Positions 1 to 14,353 of a stretch of DNA of 64,000 bases are shown here, piece after piece. Numbering within the stretch: position 1 is the first letter of the stretch; every line of letters starts with the position of its first letter. The DNA lies in NCBI RefSeq assembly GCF_964188315.1, contig NC_135661.1, positions 45,260,001 through 45,324,000 of the forward strand, read 5' to 3'. Origin of the DNA: Podarcis muralis (Eukaryota). The translations under genes were made by a program, and so were the position numbers. The notes under the pieces were generated by a model. The model saw only the letters and a list, made by a program, of their open reading frames with translations. It was not told the origin of the DNA and made no database searches.

Positions 1-525
1 CTTGTATTGTCACCCTCCAGACCTCTCATGGAGGGGGCACATGAAGAAGGGCCTCAGATCATGATTGTAAGTTAATTTTTAACCCGGATGTGTTTTCCTG
101 TGGTAGTGTCACAAACCAAGCAACACTGGCAAAAGTCAGAATATCAGATGTGACTGAAGATGCCTTTTAAATTTTAATTACAAATTCAGGAAGAATGCAT
201 CATTTTCATAGGACACAGGTAGGCAACCTGCAGTTTGGGGGCCACACACAGCCCTCAGCCTCATTCTATGTGGCCTAGACTGACAAAATCAATGTCCTCT
301 GGACAGTTTACAAACATAAATAAAATACACAAATGCAATAAAACCGATACCACAATTTCTTTACAAGTATTAAATATATAGAAGGTAGCCAAGAACCTCC
401 TCTAGCCCCCTTTGGCAACAACCTACTGGTGGCAACCTGCCTTCAGCAATGGCCTTTCAGATAAGCTACTGTGGCAAAGAAGGACTGAATAGCTATTCTT
501 AATGAGAGCCTTTCTCTTCCTGCAG

Positions 526-639
526 GTTTTGCCTATTTTGTATGAGGCAGGAAACCCTGTGCAGCAGAACAGCAAGCTTCAGCACAAGCTGGAGAGTTTC
601 ATTGAAGAAGTCTCTCAGACTTGCAGCAGTGACATCCAG
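526..639 (+). CDS. CARMIL2: CARMIL2 exon VLPILYEAGNPVQQNSKLQHKLESFIEEVSQTCSSDIQ
   Basis: ttcctgcag|GTTTTG...ATCCAG|gtaagt; 114 nt, phase 0-0. Confidence 0.93.
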
Positions 640-3173
640 GTAAGTAGGTAGAGTTCCATAGTCACCTAGTAGTAGGAGATGGAAAATACTTTGGAGAGCT
701 GCTGCCAGTTAGAGTAGACAATATTGAGCTTAGATGGACCAAGTCTGCAGTTTTGCACCACACAACTGTAGCTTTTGGTGTGTGCTACAGAAATCAGCCT
801 CCTGAGAAATTCTGCTTCTGTTTTTTAAAAGAGTGTTTTAATCTATATGGTGACAGAATTAAGTCTATAATTGAACTGGTGACAAAGATGCTAACTGCTG
901 CAGCAGCATATAAACTCTGTCTGCTAACAGGTAGTGTGAACATATCTTTGCACCTTTTATGGCCATCAGAAGATATGCAAATATGACAAAATCAAAATGT
1001 TGGACCTCTGGCCTATAAATCCGAGAAGTCAAATGAGATTTCTCCTCGCAGATCAGGACAAAGATATCACTGCCTTAGTAGCTTCCTTTTTTAGCCACAA
1101 TTTTACCAGAATGGGTTCCCAATGAACCATCCTTTCGGGGAATAGACAGGGTGAAGCAGAATATCTAAGTGCACACAATCACAATGTGACCTTACTACCT
1201 TCAACAGCTTCACCCTTGTCCTTTTAACTACCCTAGTGACTTGAAATATTTTATACTGTGATACCAATAAAGGTATTTCGATTTGATTTGCAAATGTGTG
1301 TAAATGCCTAATTTCCATTGTTTATTAATAGCACCAAAAATGTTGCAGATATATATAGCCTTCTAGAGGAAGGTGACCTGGAACCTCTTGCAGTGAATTG
1401 CTTCCCCACACATGCTCACAAGTAGAAAGTAATAAAACTTCAGGTTTTGACGACTCCTCATGCCACATTTATCTCTTGCTTGTACTTTCTTCATAGACCA
1501 TCATGCATGCCTCATTGGTTGCCACTCAGAGTTTGTGCCCCAAACTCATGCAGAAAAATGACTTTCAGGACCACCTGATCGCCAGCGTGCCAAAGAAGAT
1601 GCTCCTTGACCAGCTTTTGACTGAGATGTACAGCAGGCTCACGTGGGTGACAGGACTAACCTTTCTCTTCAAGCCACACCAGAGTGCCTGTTTGGGTTGG
1701 AAGCATCTACTCAATCTTCAGCATTAAACGCTGAAGTAGAAAGAGAAAGGTTTTGCCTGCTGGCTGTGTTTCTCCTTGAGATTCCTGCTTCCTGGCATAT
1801 AGCTTTTCAGTAGAGACACATTTGGGGTAGATGGGGGCCTCTTTGAACTGTCCTTTTTATTTTTCATACAAGTACTGTTCTCCTTCGGCAGCTTAACCTC
1901 ATATCTGTAAGAATCTTGAGCCTCTTGTTTGGTATATGGGTCTGCAGAACTGTTCCCATGGCTCAGGCAGAAGCCAGCATCTTATGTCCTCTACATGTCA
2001 CTCTCTGCTATGCAGATACATCTCTCTGACAGCTGTCTAGGCTCCTAGGGCATAGTCACACCACAGAGTTAAACTGATGAAACAGATATTCCTCTTTCCT
2101 AGGGAATTCTGGGATTTGTAGTTCTGTGAGGGGGTAGCTTTACAGAGAATTCTCAGCACCTCACCAGATAAAAATCCCCAAGTTGCTTTAAAAAGGTTAT
2201 TTTTTGTCCTCAGCTTCTAAAATTTGTATAACATTCCAATCAACTTTAATCAATTTTCACATTTTTGTGGCATACAGTATAGGACCACATTCTAGATGCA
2301 TGTCTTCTTTCATTTTTCAAAGATAAAAGAATTTATTAAAAATGTTTTCCAGACTTCTTCATGAAGAATGTAAGAAGTGCCTTGCTGTGTCAGCCCTCAC
2401 TCACTAACAGATCCCAAGCAACTGAAATCTAGGTGCATCCTGTCTCTAAACTTGGAGGCTCCATTTAACCCTGATGATTAGTGGCCACTGATCCATATAT
2501 TTTTTCTGATAGTATTTTAAAGATACATAAGCCTGTGGCCATAACCACATTCCCCAAGAGCAGGATCCATATATCAATTGTTATTATTTATTAGGTATCT
2601 TACATGCCCTTTACTCTGAGGCCCCAGGGCAGGGTACAGCAATGAAAAAAGTACAATACAGTACAGTACAGTTAAAACAAATTAACAGTTTAGACAACAG
2701 GCTACATCATAAAATACACATGCCCCAGGTGTCAGAACTGGGAGAAATCCTCTTCTTCTCCCACCCTTTACCCAACATCTGATGGTCATGGGAGCCTTAG
2801 CAGTCACTTTATCTCACTTCTCAGCCTCCTTATTTCCCAAATCCTAACCCAAGTTATTGGTGCCAAAGTCTTACTACACAGTGGAGCTCTCCTTTGTGCT
2901 TCTCTGTGCTAATAGCCTGCTTTGTCCCTTCTTTGATAGGGAGATCCAGCAGTCAGTCACTGAGGCCATGGTCAATGGTATTGCTGATAAAATTCTGGAG
3001 GAGTTAGCCACCGTTCAAGGCAAGCTGGTGAGTGCCGGACAGGATTCCGGTCAATGTGCAAAGGCAAGACTGGCCCAGATAGGAGTTCTGTATGCTGCAA
3101 TTCCTTTCCTTGGTTTGCTCTCCTCAGTGTTAATGTAGGTTAATGTAGGTTTGAATGTCATTTTGTCTCTACC

Positions 3174-3216
<43 letters not shown>

Positions 3217-6200
3217 CACAGTTAGCCCTTTTATCTGTTTAAAATATTATTCAACTTTCCCACCAAGGAAGCTTGCTATATAAAAGGTTGAAGGAAGAAC
3301 AAACACATGGTATATGTGACCACACTTGTCAAGTTCTGGCTACTGCATCTCAAATGCTCAGATTCTTAAAGAGATGGAAAAGCCAGTTAAATATAGTGAT
3401 TCACTGGAACAAAACCACCATTTTCCCATGCCACCTGTCTAGTATACTGTCTCAGAGTCACTTTTTGAACCTACTTAAACCATTTCAGGCAAAACACCTC
3501 TCAAAACTAGCCCAGGAGCCACAGGTGATGAATGCTGCAGACTGGAACACTTTCCAACAGGGGCACAGAAGCCTGTGGGATGTTGTTGAGAAGGACTTCC
3601 AAAAGGAGGAGGTATGCATTTTCCAGCCCTCAGTGCATTCATTATTATACTAGCATGAGCACCACAGTAATTTCTAATTGGGATCAACCTAGTTATTTAA
3701 ATGCTCTGCACACGATCTGAAAGCTATCCCTTCACGTTGCATCTGTGACTCTCCTGATTTTACCTATATGTCCCAGTGTAGCTGGGGAGTGAATCCTGCA
3801 GTTATTCTTTTCCCCAAAAAGAGCAGTAGGGGAGTGGCCAAAGGTGGCAACAGAAGCAGTATGTACATACCTGTTCGATAACTTGAAAGGTAGCCCTGCT
3901 GGATCAGAGAAAAAACCTGTTTAGTCCAGCATCCTGTTTCCCAGTGTTGCTGGCCAGATGCTTCTGGGAAACCCAAAAGAGAGACAGGAAGTCTGAGAGC
4001 AATAGCTTTCTCCCACTGATGTTCCCCAGCAACTGGTACTTGGAGAGGGCTCTGCAAGCCCATCAACCCAGACAAATGTCACTTGCATCCACCAGTGGAA
4101 GGGATAACTGAATTTATACCCCAAGCTGCTTATCTGAGAAGCCTTTGAAATTTATGTGCTACTTTACAGTGCTGGGCATAGTGACATCTTTGCTGTGAAA
4201 ATGCCTTCATCTGACAAGTCTTTTGAAAGCAGTGGTGGGAATCGCTCCTGATCTGTTGTAGACATTTGCAAAATTACGCATAGCAGCTTGGTTCGATAGC
4301 CAAATTGTGTCACTAGTCCTTGCTATGTATGTTTTCCTTCTGGGATTTTAGAGATGTACTCACCACCTTCTGATATAGCTGCAAAGCTTCAAGCTTCAAA
4401 TTAATATTCATCTCTGCTTTGGGAGACTGCTATGAGCATATCTGCGTCACAGAATTAAAATGATCTAATAGTCATTCCCTGTCCCCAGTGAATCCTGGGA
4501 ATTGTATTTCTTTGAGGGAATGTGGTGGTCTCATTTTAGCAGAGAAGTCTTGTCAAAGCACAGTTTTTAGCAATCTTTGAGGAAAGCCACAGCAATGAAA
4601 CTGGTATGAAACAGAGATAAACTTGTAATAGGTTTGTCATTTCACTAATCTTCATTTAGTAGGTTGAGACCTAGACCTGTATCGTGGCCTGATCTAAGGT
4701 GGATCATATCAGCAGCACTACCCTAATATAAATATACAGTAAAAAGAAGTGGGTTATCATCAAATCCATTAAAAAAGTTTAAGATATCTCTGAACAGAAG
4801 CCATAGTCCCCTTTCTGAAAAGTCCCTGCCTTGTGGTGACACCACTCCATCAAATTAGGGTCAAACTACATGTAATGTTGTGTATAGTGTGTAATTATGT
4901 CTGGGTTTTTGAAAATGTAATATTTAGTGTGGACAGACCCCCCCCCCCCATGAGCACAGGGATGGGATTCTGATTAAAATCCCCCTCGTGCTGCAGGAGC
5001 CTTAGGGAAAAAGCTCTTGGTGCCTACAGAAGCTTCACATACACACAAGTAATAGAAGTACTGTTGGCAGGTTGGATTTTCATCAGGATCATAGCTGGGG
5101 AGGAGCCTGAGAACCTCAACTAGTATAAGAGATATATCTAAGAATTCCATGTTTTGTAGCTTTTCTTTAAATTTTGTATTCTTTTGAAAATAAATAAACT
5201 CTGAAAAGAAAAGAAAATCAAGGGTTCCAACACAGCATTAAATTTGAAAGAGGGGGAAAGATCTAGTTGTACACCATGCATTTAACACAATGTACAGTTT
5301 GACCCACTCTGCATTTTTATCCTCAAACTCCTTTGTTTGTTTGTTTGATTTGTAGGAATTTGTGTACCACTCAACATATAAAATACCATACCTTTTAAGA
5401 TTTAAAATAGACACAAAATAAAAAAAAGAAAATGATAAAGTATCTTCAGAAGTATTTATAACATGGCTGGGTCACTCCACAGCAGGGGTAGGCAACCTAA
5501 GGCCTGTGGGCCAGATGTGTCCCAATCGCCTTCTCAATCCGGCCTGCGGACGGTCCGGGAATCAGCATGTTTTTACATAAATAGAATGTGTCCTTTTATT
5601 TAAAATGCATCTCTGGGTTATTTGTGGGGCATAGGAATTCGTTCATTCCCCCCCCCCCCAAATATAGTCCAGCCCACCACAAGGTCTGAGCGACGGTGGA
5701 CTGAAAAAGGTTGCTGACCCCTGCTCTACAGAGTAAGCTTGTGTGTGTAAGAAAGTTTTAAGTGAGCATCTAGCACTGTATGCACTGTAGGCTCTTCTTA
5801 GATGGCCAGAGGGTAGGAATTCCACAAAGTATGTGCAAAGGGCCTAGCTGCAGGGGTCATGGATCAGACCTCAGGAATATGTAACAGGGTAAAACGTGCT
5901 TCTTAAGAAGACTGCAGTGTCTCCCCAACCTCACTCATTACCAAGGAAATATACGTAATAAATGAATAGAAAAATAACCTACCCAAGTGACACTGACACT
6001 AAGCTCCCCCCACTAAGCAAAATAATGTAAGTTTACCACACCACCCCCTCTTTCCCCCCTCCCCTTCTCTTTTCCCCCAGCCTGTACAACAGTGTCTCAC
6101 ACTGAATGTAACTGGTCAGTAGAAATGATTCTATGACCTGAAAAGAGACAATGCATGTACTTTTGTAAACCAAGAAAATCCTTAATAAAAAAATATTTTA

Positions 6201-7613
6201 AAAGCAGGCTACAGTGACAGGGCAGGTACATGGAGAATAAGACTGTCACTCAAATAGGCTGTTTCTAAGTTGTTTGGGATTTTATATACCATCAGCAAGA
6301 CCTTAAACCTGGCCTGGTAGCATACTGGCAGCCAGTGCAACAGTACAGTTGGTTTTTAAAGTATTGTTTCCTCTCTTCACAGTACAAGATGGCTGCCCAA
6401 TGGAAGCACAGCTGTTCCACAAGCATTCTGCCAACTCCTGGACTAAATGGTAGAGCATATTATATGTGTTGGTATGAATGAGCACCTTTTCTAAAATCCA
6501 CTTAGCTGGGAAACAGTTTAGGTGAATGCCAAAGGGTTTTATTTTTTTAAGTATTTCTGTGACAAGCATGAGTTTGAAAACACATACAATCATATATGGA
6601 CACTCAGTGGAGAGTTGAGAGTGGCTTTGGCCCCTGTTTGGTGCACAATTGGTGGCAACCTTTGTGTGAAATGCCCCAAATGCATAATGACCTAAATCTC
6701 AGAGATGATTAGGCAGTAACTCTAACTCCACTAAGATGGAAGTAAGCCCCCATGAATACAATAGGCCTTGCTTCTGTGGCTAGGATTGCAGCACTAAAAA
6801 CTCATTGAAATTAATGGATATACATTAGGCACAACAAACTCATCCTGTTGATTTCATTGGGGCTTTAGCATGACCAAGTACGTCTTAATTTTGGCCCAAG
6901 TGACTTACCGTAATTCCTGTATACTTCAATTTCAGGGCAAGTTTATACATTGGCATGTCTCCATGGAAGATTGCTTTCCTATCACCAGAGCCAGAGTTAC
7001 CATTAGGCAAAGTGGGGCAGCAGCCTCCAGTGGGGCTGGGGAGTAGGCAGCAAAATACTGAAGGAATGGTGGTGAGATATTGGATGGCAGAGCTGTGTGT
7101 GCACCACATAGCCTGTGCTCCCTCACTCCCATCTCTGAGCTACCCTGCTGCCCTTGGTTACAGTGGAGGATGCTGTCTGGTCATTTTTGTGGAAGCTAGA
7201 TTTGACTGCCACTCCAGTTGGCTTCCATCCATGTCATGGGAAGCACCATCTTGTCCTTTGCCTCAAGCAGCAAAATGTCTTAGAGTGGCTCTGCCTATCA
7301 CCACTTTATACTCTGGTTGTAGCATTGCACAACCCAGCCTAAAATGGTTGATCTTTGTACAGGAGTGGTTCCCACATCTTACGTTCAGAATAAATGATGC
7401 AAAGTCACCAGTGCTCTTAAATTTTAGATGGCCAGAATCCCCTATCTCTCCTTGAGTTATATAGGTCTTGCATGTGCTTTCCTTCTCCTCCTCCAGCCAG
7501 TCTAGGAAGATAGGGAGAATGAAGAGACAATGGCAAATTGGTAGATCCCATACTTTGCATTTTTCTATTGTGAACTGCTCTGGGATCTTCGGATGAAGGG
7601 TGGTGTACATTTT

Positions 7614-7656
<43 letters not shown>

Positions 7657-9086
7657 CACCACCAGGTTCCTGGCCTTTCCAGTTTAAAAACCTATTGCAA
7701 AAGACCAGTCTGAAGCCCTGGAGAGCCATTGCCAGTTACAGTAGACAATACTAGGCTAGATGGACAAATAGTCAAACCTGTGTAGGTATAAGGCAGCTTG
7801 CTAAGGCCCTACGAGGTCTGGGTGGCTGCAAGGCAAATGCAGTCTGGTGACTGTAGCAGAGGGGGCAGCAAGAAGGACGACAGGAGAAATGTGGATTTCA
7901 TCATGTGTCCAGTTGCTGGATAGCAGCAGCAGTAATGGGTAAGTGGAGGAGCAGGAATATGGAACAACACAGAAGTTTGGAAATACAGTGGTACCTCGGG
8001 TTACATATGCTTCAGGTTACATACTCTTCAGGTTACAGATTCCGCCAACCCAGAAATAGTGCTTCAGGTTAAGAACTTTGCTTCAGGATGAGAACAGAAA
8101 TCGTGCTTCGGCGGCGCGGTGACAGCAGGAGGCCCCACTAGCTAAAGTGGTGCTTCAGGTTAAGAACAGTTTCAGGTTAAGTACAGACCTCTGGAACGAA
8201 TTAAGTACTTAACCCGAGGTACCACTGTACTGGGGTTGTCTCCTGTTCACATGCGAGTGGGTGGCTGGCTTCAGGAAGTCACAGCACAGTTGGCTTAGGT
8301 TGTTTGCAAAGGAGACTTTGGCAACCTCTGAAAAGTGGGAATCCTTGCTTCACTCAAAATGAAAAGAAAAGGGGGTGGGGGAGAGGAGACACGACCTGGC
8401 TTTGTACAGAACCACCCACTCCTATTTGTCTTTGGAAAAGAAAATAAATCTGTAGCTGCTCCAGCTTCTATTCCTCAAAGCGTGAGCTAGCCAGGAAATC
8501 AGTCTCAGCCAGGGGATGCACTAGCTGCTCCTCCTCATCCTTCCTGAGGCAAGGCAGGCTTTTCCCATTGGTGCACAAAGCCCCGAGCCCATTAGCAGTA
8601 GCCAAGTCTGCCTTGTCAGTTTAGTCGCCTGATATGTAACAAATCTGCCTGTGTGACAGGAGACGTTGCTGTGCTGCATAGTGGCAGCCTGCTGTCCGCC
8701 TGGCAACTCCAAGGATTCCTCCCCCTCCCCCCTCCCCCCACCTCCTCCGACTTCTCTCTTTCAGGTCTATCGGAACTCGATTTTAAGGTAGAGGCAGAAG
8801 ATAACAAGATTGGGGCTCCCCAGGCTGAGCTGTCACTCAGCCGTGCCTCCGTGAAGTCACGCCCTGCCTCCACAAAGGATGCTGAAGCTGGGAGCAGGCT
8901 GCTTCCTTGCACAGAGCCTGCATCCGCACAATCCCTTATGGACCTGCCGACTGCAGGAGAGAAATTGGAGCATTATACCCGAGACAGGCCCAGGCCCAAC
9001 CGCAGGAACAGGCAGCCCCCCAGCAAGCCAAATGTAAGACTCCTCTTGCTTTTTTAAATCTCTAATTGCTTTTGCAGATGCACAAG

Positions 9087-9138
<52 letters not shown>

Positions 9139-12100
9139 GTGGAGAGAGAGGAAGAGAGAGAGAGAGAGATGGTCAAATGCCTTACGGGTGTTTATTGCAG
9201 CCCTGGAAGATGAAATGAGTAGAACAGCAGCTGTTTGATTATGCGCTTGTCAGCTGGGCACTGGCCACTGCTACGTAGAGGACAAGGTTGTTTATATATG
9301 AGTATATGCAGCATTTGGGGGTCTGGAAGCAGATCTTGGCTGCTTGTGTTTATTTCTTGGGTTTTGCAAGGTAGGGGAAATTGTAGCACTGCCCACTCTA
9401 GGAAAAACTGCAATCTGGATTCTGTGGCAACCATCTGCATGCACTCACTCACTTTTGAGTGCTATGTTTATTCAAACATTTATGGAAGAACAAACTTATA
9501 CCGCTGCATGGACAATCTACTGTCTCTTTCTGAAAAAATGTGGATTATTTTTGGAACTGTTAGCATGGATTATGCCACTAGATCCTTAGAATATATAAAC
9601 AGCTAAGTAAGGCCTTTGCTCTTTGAACATTTTGGGCATTGACCTGGTATGTTTTCCCAGGTGAAGGAGAATAAGGGAAGGGAAGGCTTGTACCACGAGA
9701 TGTCTTTTTAGCAGAAAATGGTCCATTTATAGAATTATAAATTAACCCTTTGACTACAGCTGAGAGTAAAAACAAAAAACAAAAACTTTGTGGTGCAGCC
9801 CAAGCTATATATATTAGAGAACTAGAAATCTGTGTTTAACAGAGGGGTGTGAGAGAGAGAAAGAGAAATGCATTCTTTGAGTGATATGTGAATCCAGATT
9901 ATGAATATAGCAATGCAAGTAATGCCTCGGAAGATGGAAGATGGAGAGTGGAGTTTGGCGTCCCTGCAAAGGTAACACATGTTTCTTCATCGCTTGTTGC
10001 CTTGAGGCACTGGGGCTGAGGGCTGTTTCCCACCACTACTTCTTTTTTTAGGGTGAAGCGTACCCAAAGTGTGTTTGTGTATGGTTACCACATACTTGGA
10101 AAAGTTCAAAATGTGGGTTGAACCAAGCAGTGATGAATAGTGAATTGTGAACTCGCTGTCTGATAATTAGTATTTATTCAATTGGACACCCACAAGAAAC
10201 TGCAGGAGGAGGGTGAAGGCAGTAGTGCAGTCATTTAATTAGACCCTGGACTTAAATGTGGGCCTTCCTTTTTAGATTAAAATTTGTATTACTTGCTTCA
10301 AAATTTGGTAAGTTAGCCCTGCTGCATTTACAGGTCCCCCTGTTCACTTTGGCAAGTGAGGCCCTGCATGATATTATTACATTTATAACTTACCTTTCCT
10401 CCAAGGAGCCCAAGGAAGTGCATGTAGTTCTCCTCCATAATTTATATTCACAACAACCCTGTGAGGTAGGTTAGACTGAGAGTTGGTGATTGGCCCAGTC
10501 TCATCCTGGGAGCTTTATGGCTAAGTGGGGATTTAAACCCTGGTCTCTCGGGTCTTGGTCTGACATGCTAACTAATACACAATACTTTCTTGTTTCGTTG
10601 CAATGAATTGACTCCTATGATCACTTCAGTGCCTGAAGGCCACAGGTTTCTTCCATCCCAGAAGTGATGGGAGAAATGGGTTCAGAAAAAGCACACCAAA
10701 GAGCCGCTGCTATTTTAACTACTCTCATAACAGTACTTGCTGCAAGAATTGAGAAGGGACCCTTTCCTGCCTACCTCCTGCTCCCTGATTTAGCCACCCT
10801 GGATATTCTCATTGAATACTAAAGCTGCTTCTCGTACATTAACCTAGACATGCTTGCAATAGTCCTGTAAGGCAGACCCATGGTATCAATATTAATCCCC
10901 ACATTGTTTGAAGATGGCATTGGGTTGCATGAAGCTGAGAACTTTTGACTTGTCTAAGGCAATCCAATGGATTTGCATGGCTAAGATTGGAAGCAAAGAC
11001 GTTTTGGCATATAGCTTTTGCTACTCTATAATGCTACTGTTATATAATAAAGATGTGTTTGTACATTCACACAAATGTATGAGATGCCTGACCACTTATT
11101 TTGGTGCTGCGGACAACATTTCCTACATCTGACTAGGAACTTCTTTTAAATCAGGCTCTCACCCCCCAGACTATGCTGAAGTGAAGGAGTGGGGAGAGTT
11201 TAGCTATTTATTGCCTGTGGTCTCTTACTCCCAATACTAGAAGCAACAACTGAGACTTGAACCCAGGACCATTCAGTTAAGTTGAGATGGCACCATAATT
11301 TCAGGACTGATCAAAGAAAGTACACTTCATAAAACACAAGCTTAATGTATGGAATTTGTGACCCCAGGAGATGCTGAATGGCATCTAGCACAGATGTCTT
11401 TAAAAAAAGTTTGGTCAAATTAATGGAGGATAGATCTATGAAAAATTATTCACCCTAGCAGCTCAATGGGACCTCCATATTTAGAGGCATCATATCCAGT
11501 GTTAGCAACAGATTTTTTTGGGGGGGGGGCAAGAAGTCCTCAGGGCTTCCTCCATTGCCATTATCACTGTTTCAGATTCACTTGGTGTTCTCCCTCTGGC
11601 CTAAATTCATACCACTCCCCCACCCCAAAAAAGGGCAAGACAAGTGGAGGCTGCTGCTGTTTCTCATGCTGGAATCTCTGATGTTGGAATAAGAGAGATG
11701 GAAGGGACCTTAAAAGTAATCTAGTCCAACCCCTTGCCAATGCAGTCTGTCCTCTGCTTCAATGTCTTGTTACTGCTTGCATGCTTGGAGGGGGTTAGGT
11801 AAACAGACAACAGCAACAAGGAGAAGGAGCGAGAGCAGAGTGCTCTGGAAGTTAGCGCTGGTCTTCCTGCTGGGTTGTGGGCTTTGGCTATTGCTCAGTG
11901 ATGCCAGCCCTGGGTATACCTAATGACTCTGAGATGCTGGGAGCAAGCAACAGGGGATGACTTATTTCTATAGGGCTTCTCAAGGGCACTGGAAATGCTA
12001 GACTACATGGACCCTTTATCTGAGCCATCATAGGCATTCCTTATGTTCTTTGTCTCAGTGTCCTTTGAAACAGGACCATGTACCTCTAAGTATGACTGGG

Positions 12101-14314
12101 CGAAGCTGAATATTTTGAGTTTCCTCCATTTCTTAATCTTTTCAGTTCTTCACATTTGTACATCAGTTTGTAATATCTATTTTTTAAAGTTCTCATGAAA
12201 ATTCATTTTAGTATAAATTTATTTTAATATAAACAATTGTATGCAGGTTTCCCTAATATACACATTTTTCCAAATCAAAATACAGTACACAATTAAACTG
12301 TGGAACTCGCTCCCATAGGAGGCAGTGATGGCCACCAACTTGGATGGCTTGAAAAAAGGATTGGACAAAGTCATGGAGGATGAGGCTATCAATGGCTGCT
12401 AGCCAGAATGGCTGGGCTCTGCCTCCGTGGTTGGAGGCAGCAATGCTTCTGAATACCAGTTGTTAAAAACTGCAGGTGGGGCGAGTGCTCTTGTGCTTGG
12501 GTGCTACTTGCAGGTTTCCCACTGGCAATTTGGTTAGCCACTGTAAGAACAGGATGCTGGTCTAGATGGACCTATGGCCTGATCCTGCAGGGCTCTTTTA
12601 TGTTTTTAATTTTCTGTAATATTTTGTATGTTATTTTCATACAAAATATGTATGTTATTGTATGTTATTTTGTATGTTATTTTCACTAATATGTGCGTTT
12701 TAATGCAGGCTGTATTCTAGTATACGTATTTTTACACACATTACTTGGCTAGAGAACTGCACTGCAAAGTTCAAAGAAGTGTAAATTTTGAAGGATGGTT
12801 GTGTTTTGGGTCAAATGTTGTTTAAGAAAGTGCAAATTAGGTAGATTCATCCTTGAATGCAAAGTGAATCAAATTTCTCCTCCATTCCTACTTCTGAGAA
12901 ACCAAAAACTCTCAGGCATGTTTGCATCATTACATGTTTATATTTCCATGTGTGCCCATATAACCCAAATCATTCCAGATATGTAGATAAAAAAAGGTAA
13001 AGGTACCCCTGCCCGTACGGGCCAGTCGTGTCCGACTCTAGAGTTGTGCGCCAGCGCTGTCCGGAGACACTTCTGGGTCACGTGGCCAGCGTGACGAAGC
13101 TGCTCTGGCGAGCCAGCACCAGCGCAGCACACGGAAACGCCATTTACCTTCCCGCTATAAAGCGGTACCTGTTTATCTACTTGCACTTAAGCGTGCTTTC
13201 GAACTGCTGGGTGGTTAGGAGCTGGGACCGAAAGACGGGAGCTCACCCCGCCACGGGGATTCGAACCGCCAACCATGCGATCGGCAAGCCCTAGGCACTG
13301 AGGTTTTACCCACAGCGCCACCCGCGTCCCTGATATGTAGATACATGCATATTAATTAGTGAGAGTGCAGGCAGAAGAGTGAATGACACCTATAGGTTGC
13401 CCCAATTGCTTACATCTCACCTATGGGTTGTGCAGGGCAAATTTGTCCCATAAAAATGTATTGGGCAGCCACTGCTGGAAACGACTATTTCCTATGAGTG
13501 GAAGCACTGTGAGATGTGTGGTGGATATGTGACCTACTGGATTTAGGCCTTTGAGATCGTTGGACAGGAGTGGGGAAACCACTTTTGCACAGAGGGACAG
13601 ATGCAAAAGTGGCCAACCTTTTTAGGCTACATTGACAGGTGGGTGGCTCTGCTCACCTGTCAGCTACGGGTACCTTTGAGAATGCCCTCAAAGGCTCCTG
13701 ATTGTTCCTTTTCAGCTGCAGCTTTACCTGTGTGATGCATGATGTCATATGACATCAGATGAGTGATAGGTGAGCCTAGCCCAGCAAATATGTTGTGGTG
13801 GCCAAATTTGGCCTGGTGGACCTAATTAGGCCCAGAGACTGCAGAATTCCCGACACTACAGTAGTGTTTTTTTTACTAGTTTGAATCCATTGAATCCCTG
13901 CCATTTAAATGACATGGGGAACAGCATAACTCAGGCATAGGCAAACTCGGCCCTCCAGATGTTTTGGGACTACAACTCCCATCATCCTTAGCTAACAGGA
14001 CCAGTGGTCAGGGATGGTGGGAATTGTAGTCTAAAAACATCTGGAAGGCCGAGTTTGCCTATGCCTGGCATAACTATTTGGTACAGAAGTCACTGACATT
14101 GCTTCAGAAAGGCCTGAAATAATCAGATATTCTTCCCTGGCTGCCCTTCGCTTGATTTTCCCCTTCTTTTGTTGAAGGGTTATACAAGATTGCTGTATTA
14201 TTATTTTTGTTAAGCCCAGCAAATGTACTGCAATTAAAGTTTCCAAGGTTCTTTGTGGAGACATTTCCTCCAAACCAGGCTGTTTACATTTTGGATATGC
14301 CTTCTATATGCAAT

Positions 14315-14353
<39 letters not shown>

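Noticed and set aside
6081-6114. Phase 0-1 candidate exon (PVQQCLTLNVT)
   Set aside because: Lies in a LINE-3'-tail-like segment; 6383-6449 fits the expected size and sequence better
6955-7455. 166-aa + strand ORF in a CARMIL2 intron
   Set aside because: No homology signal and no compatible splice sites
7857-7938. Phase 0-1 candidate exon with strong gtaagt donor
   Set aside because: No polypyrimidine tract, and the peptide is unlike CARMIL
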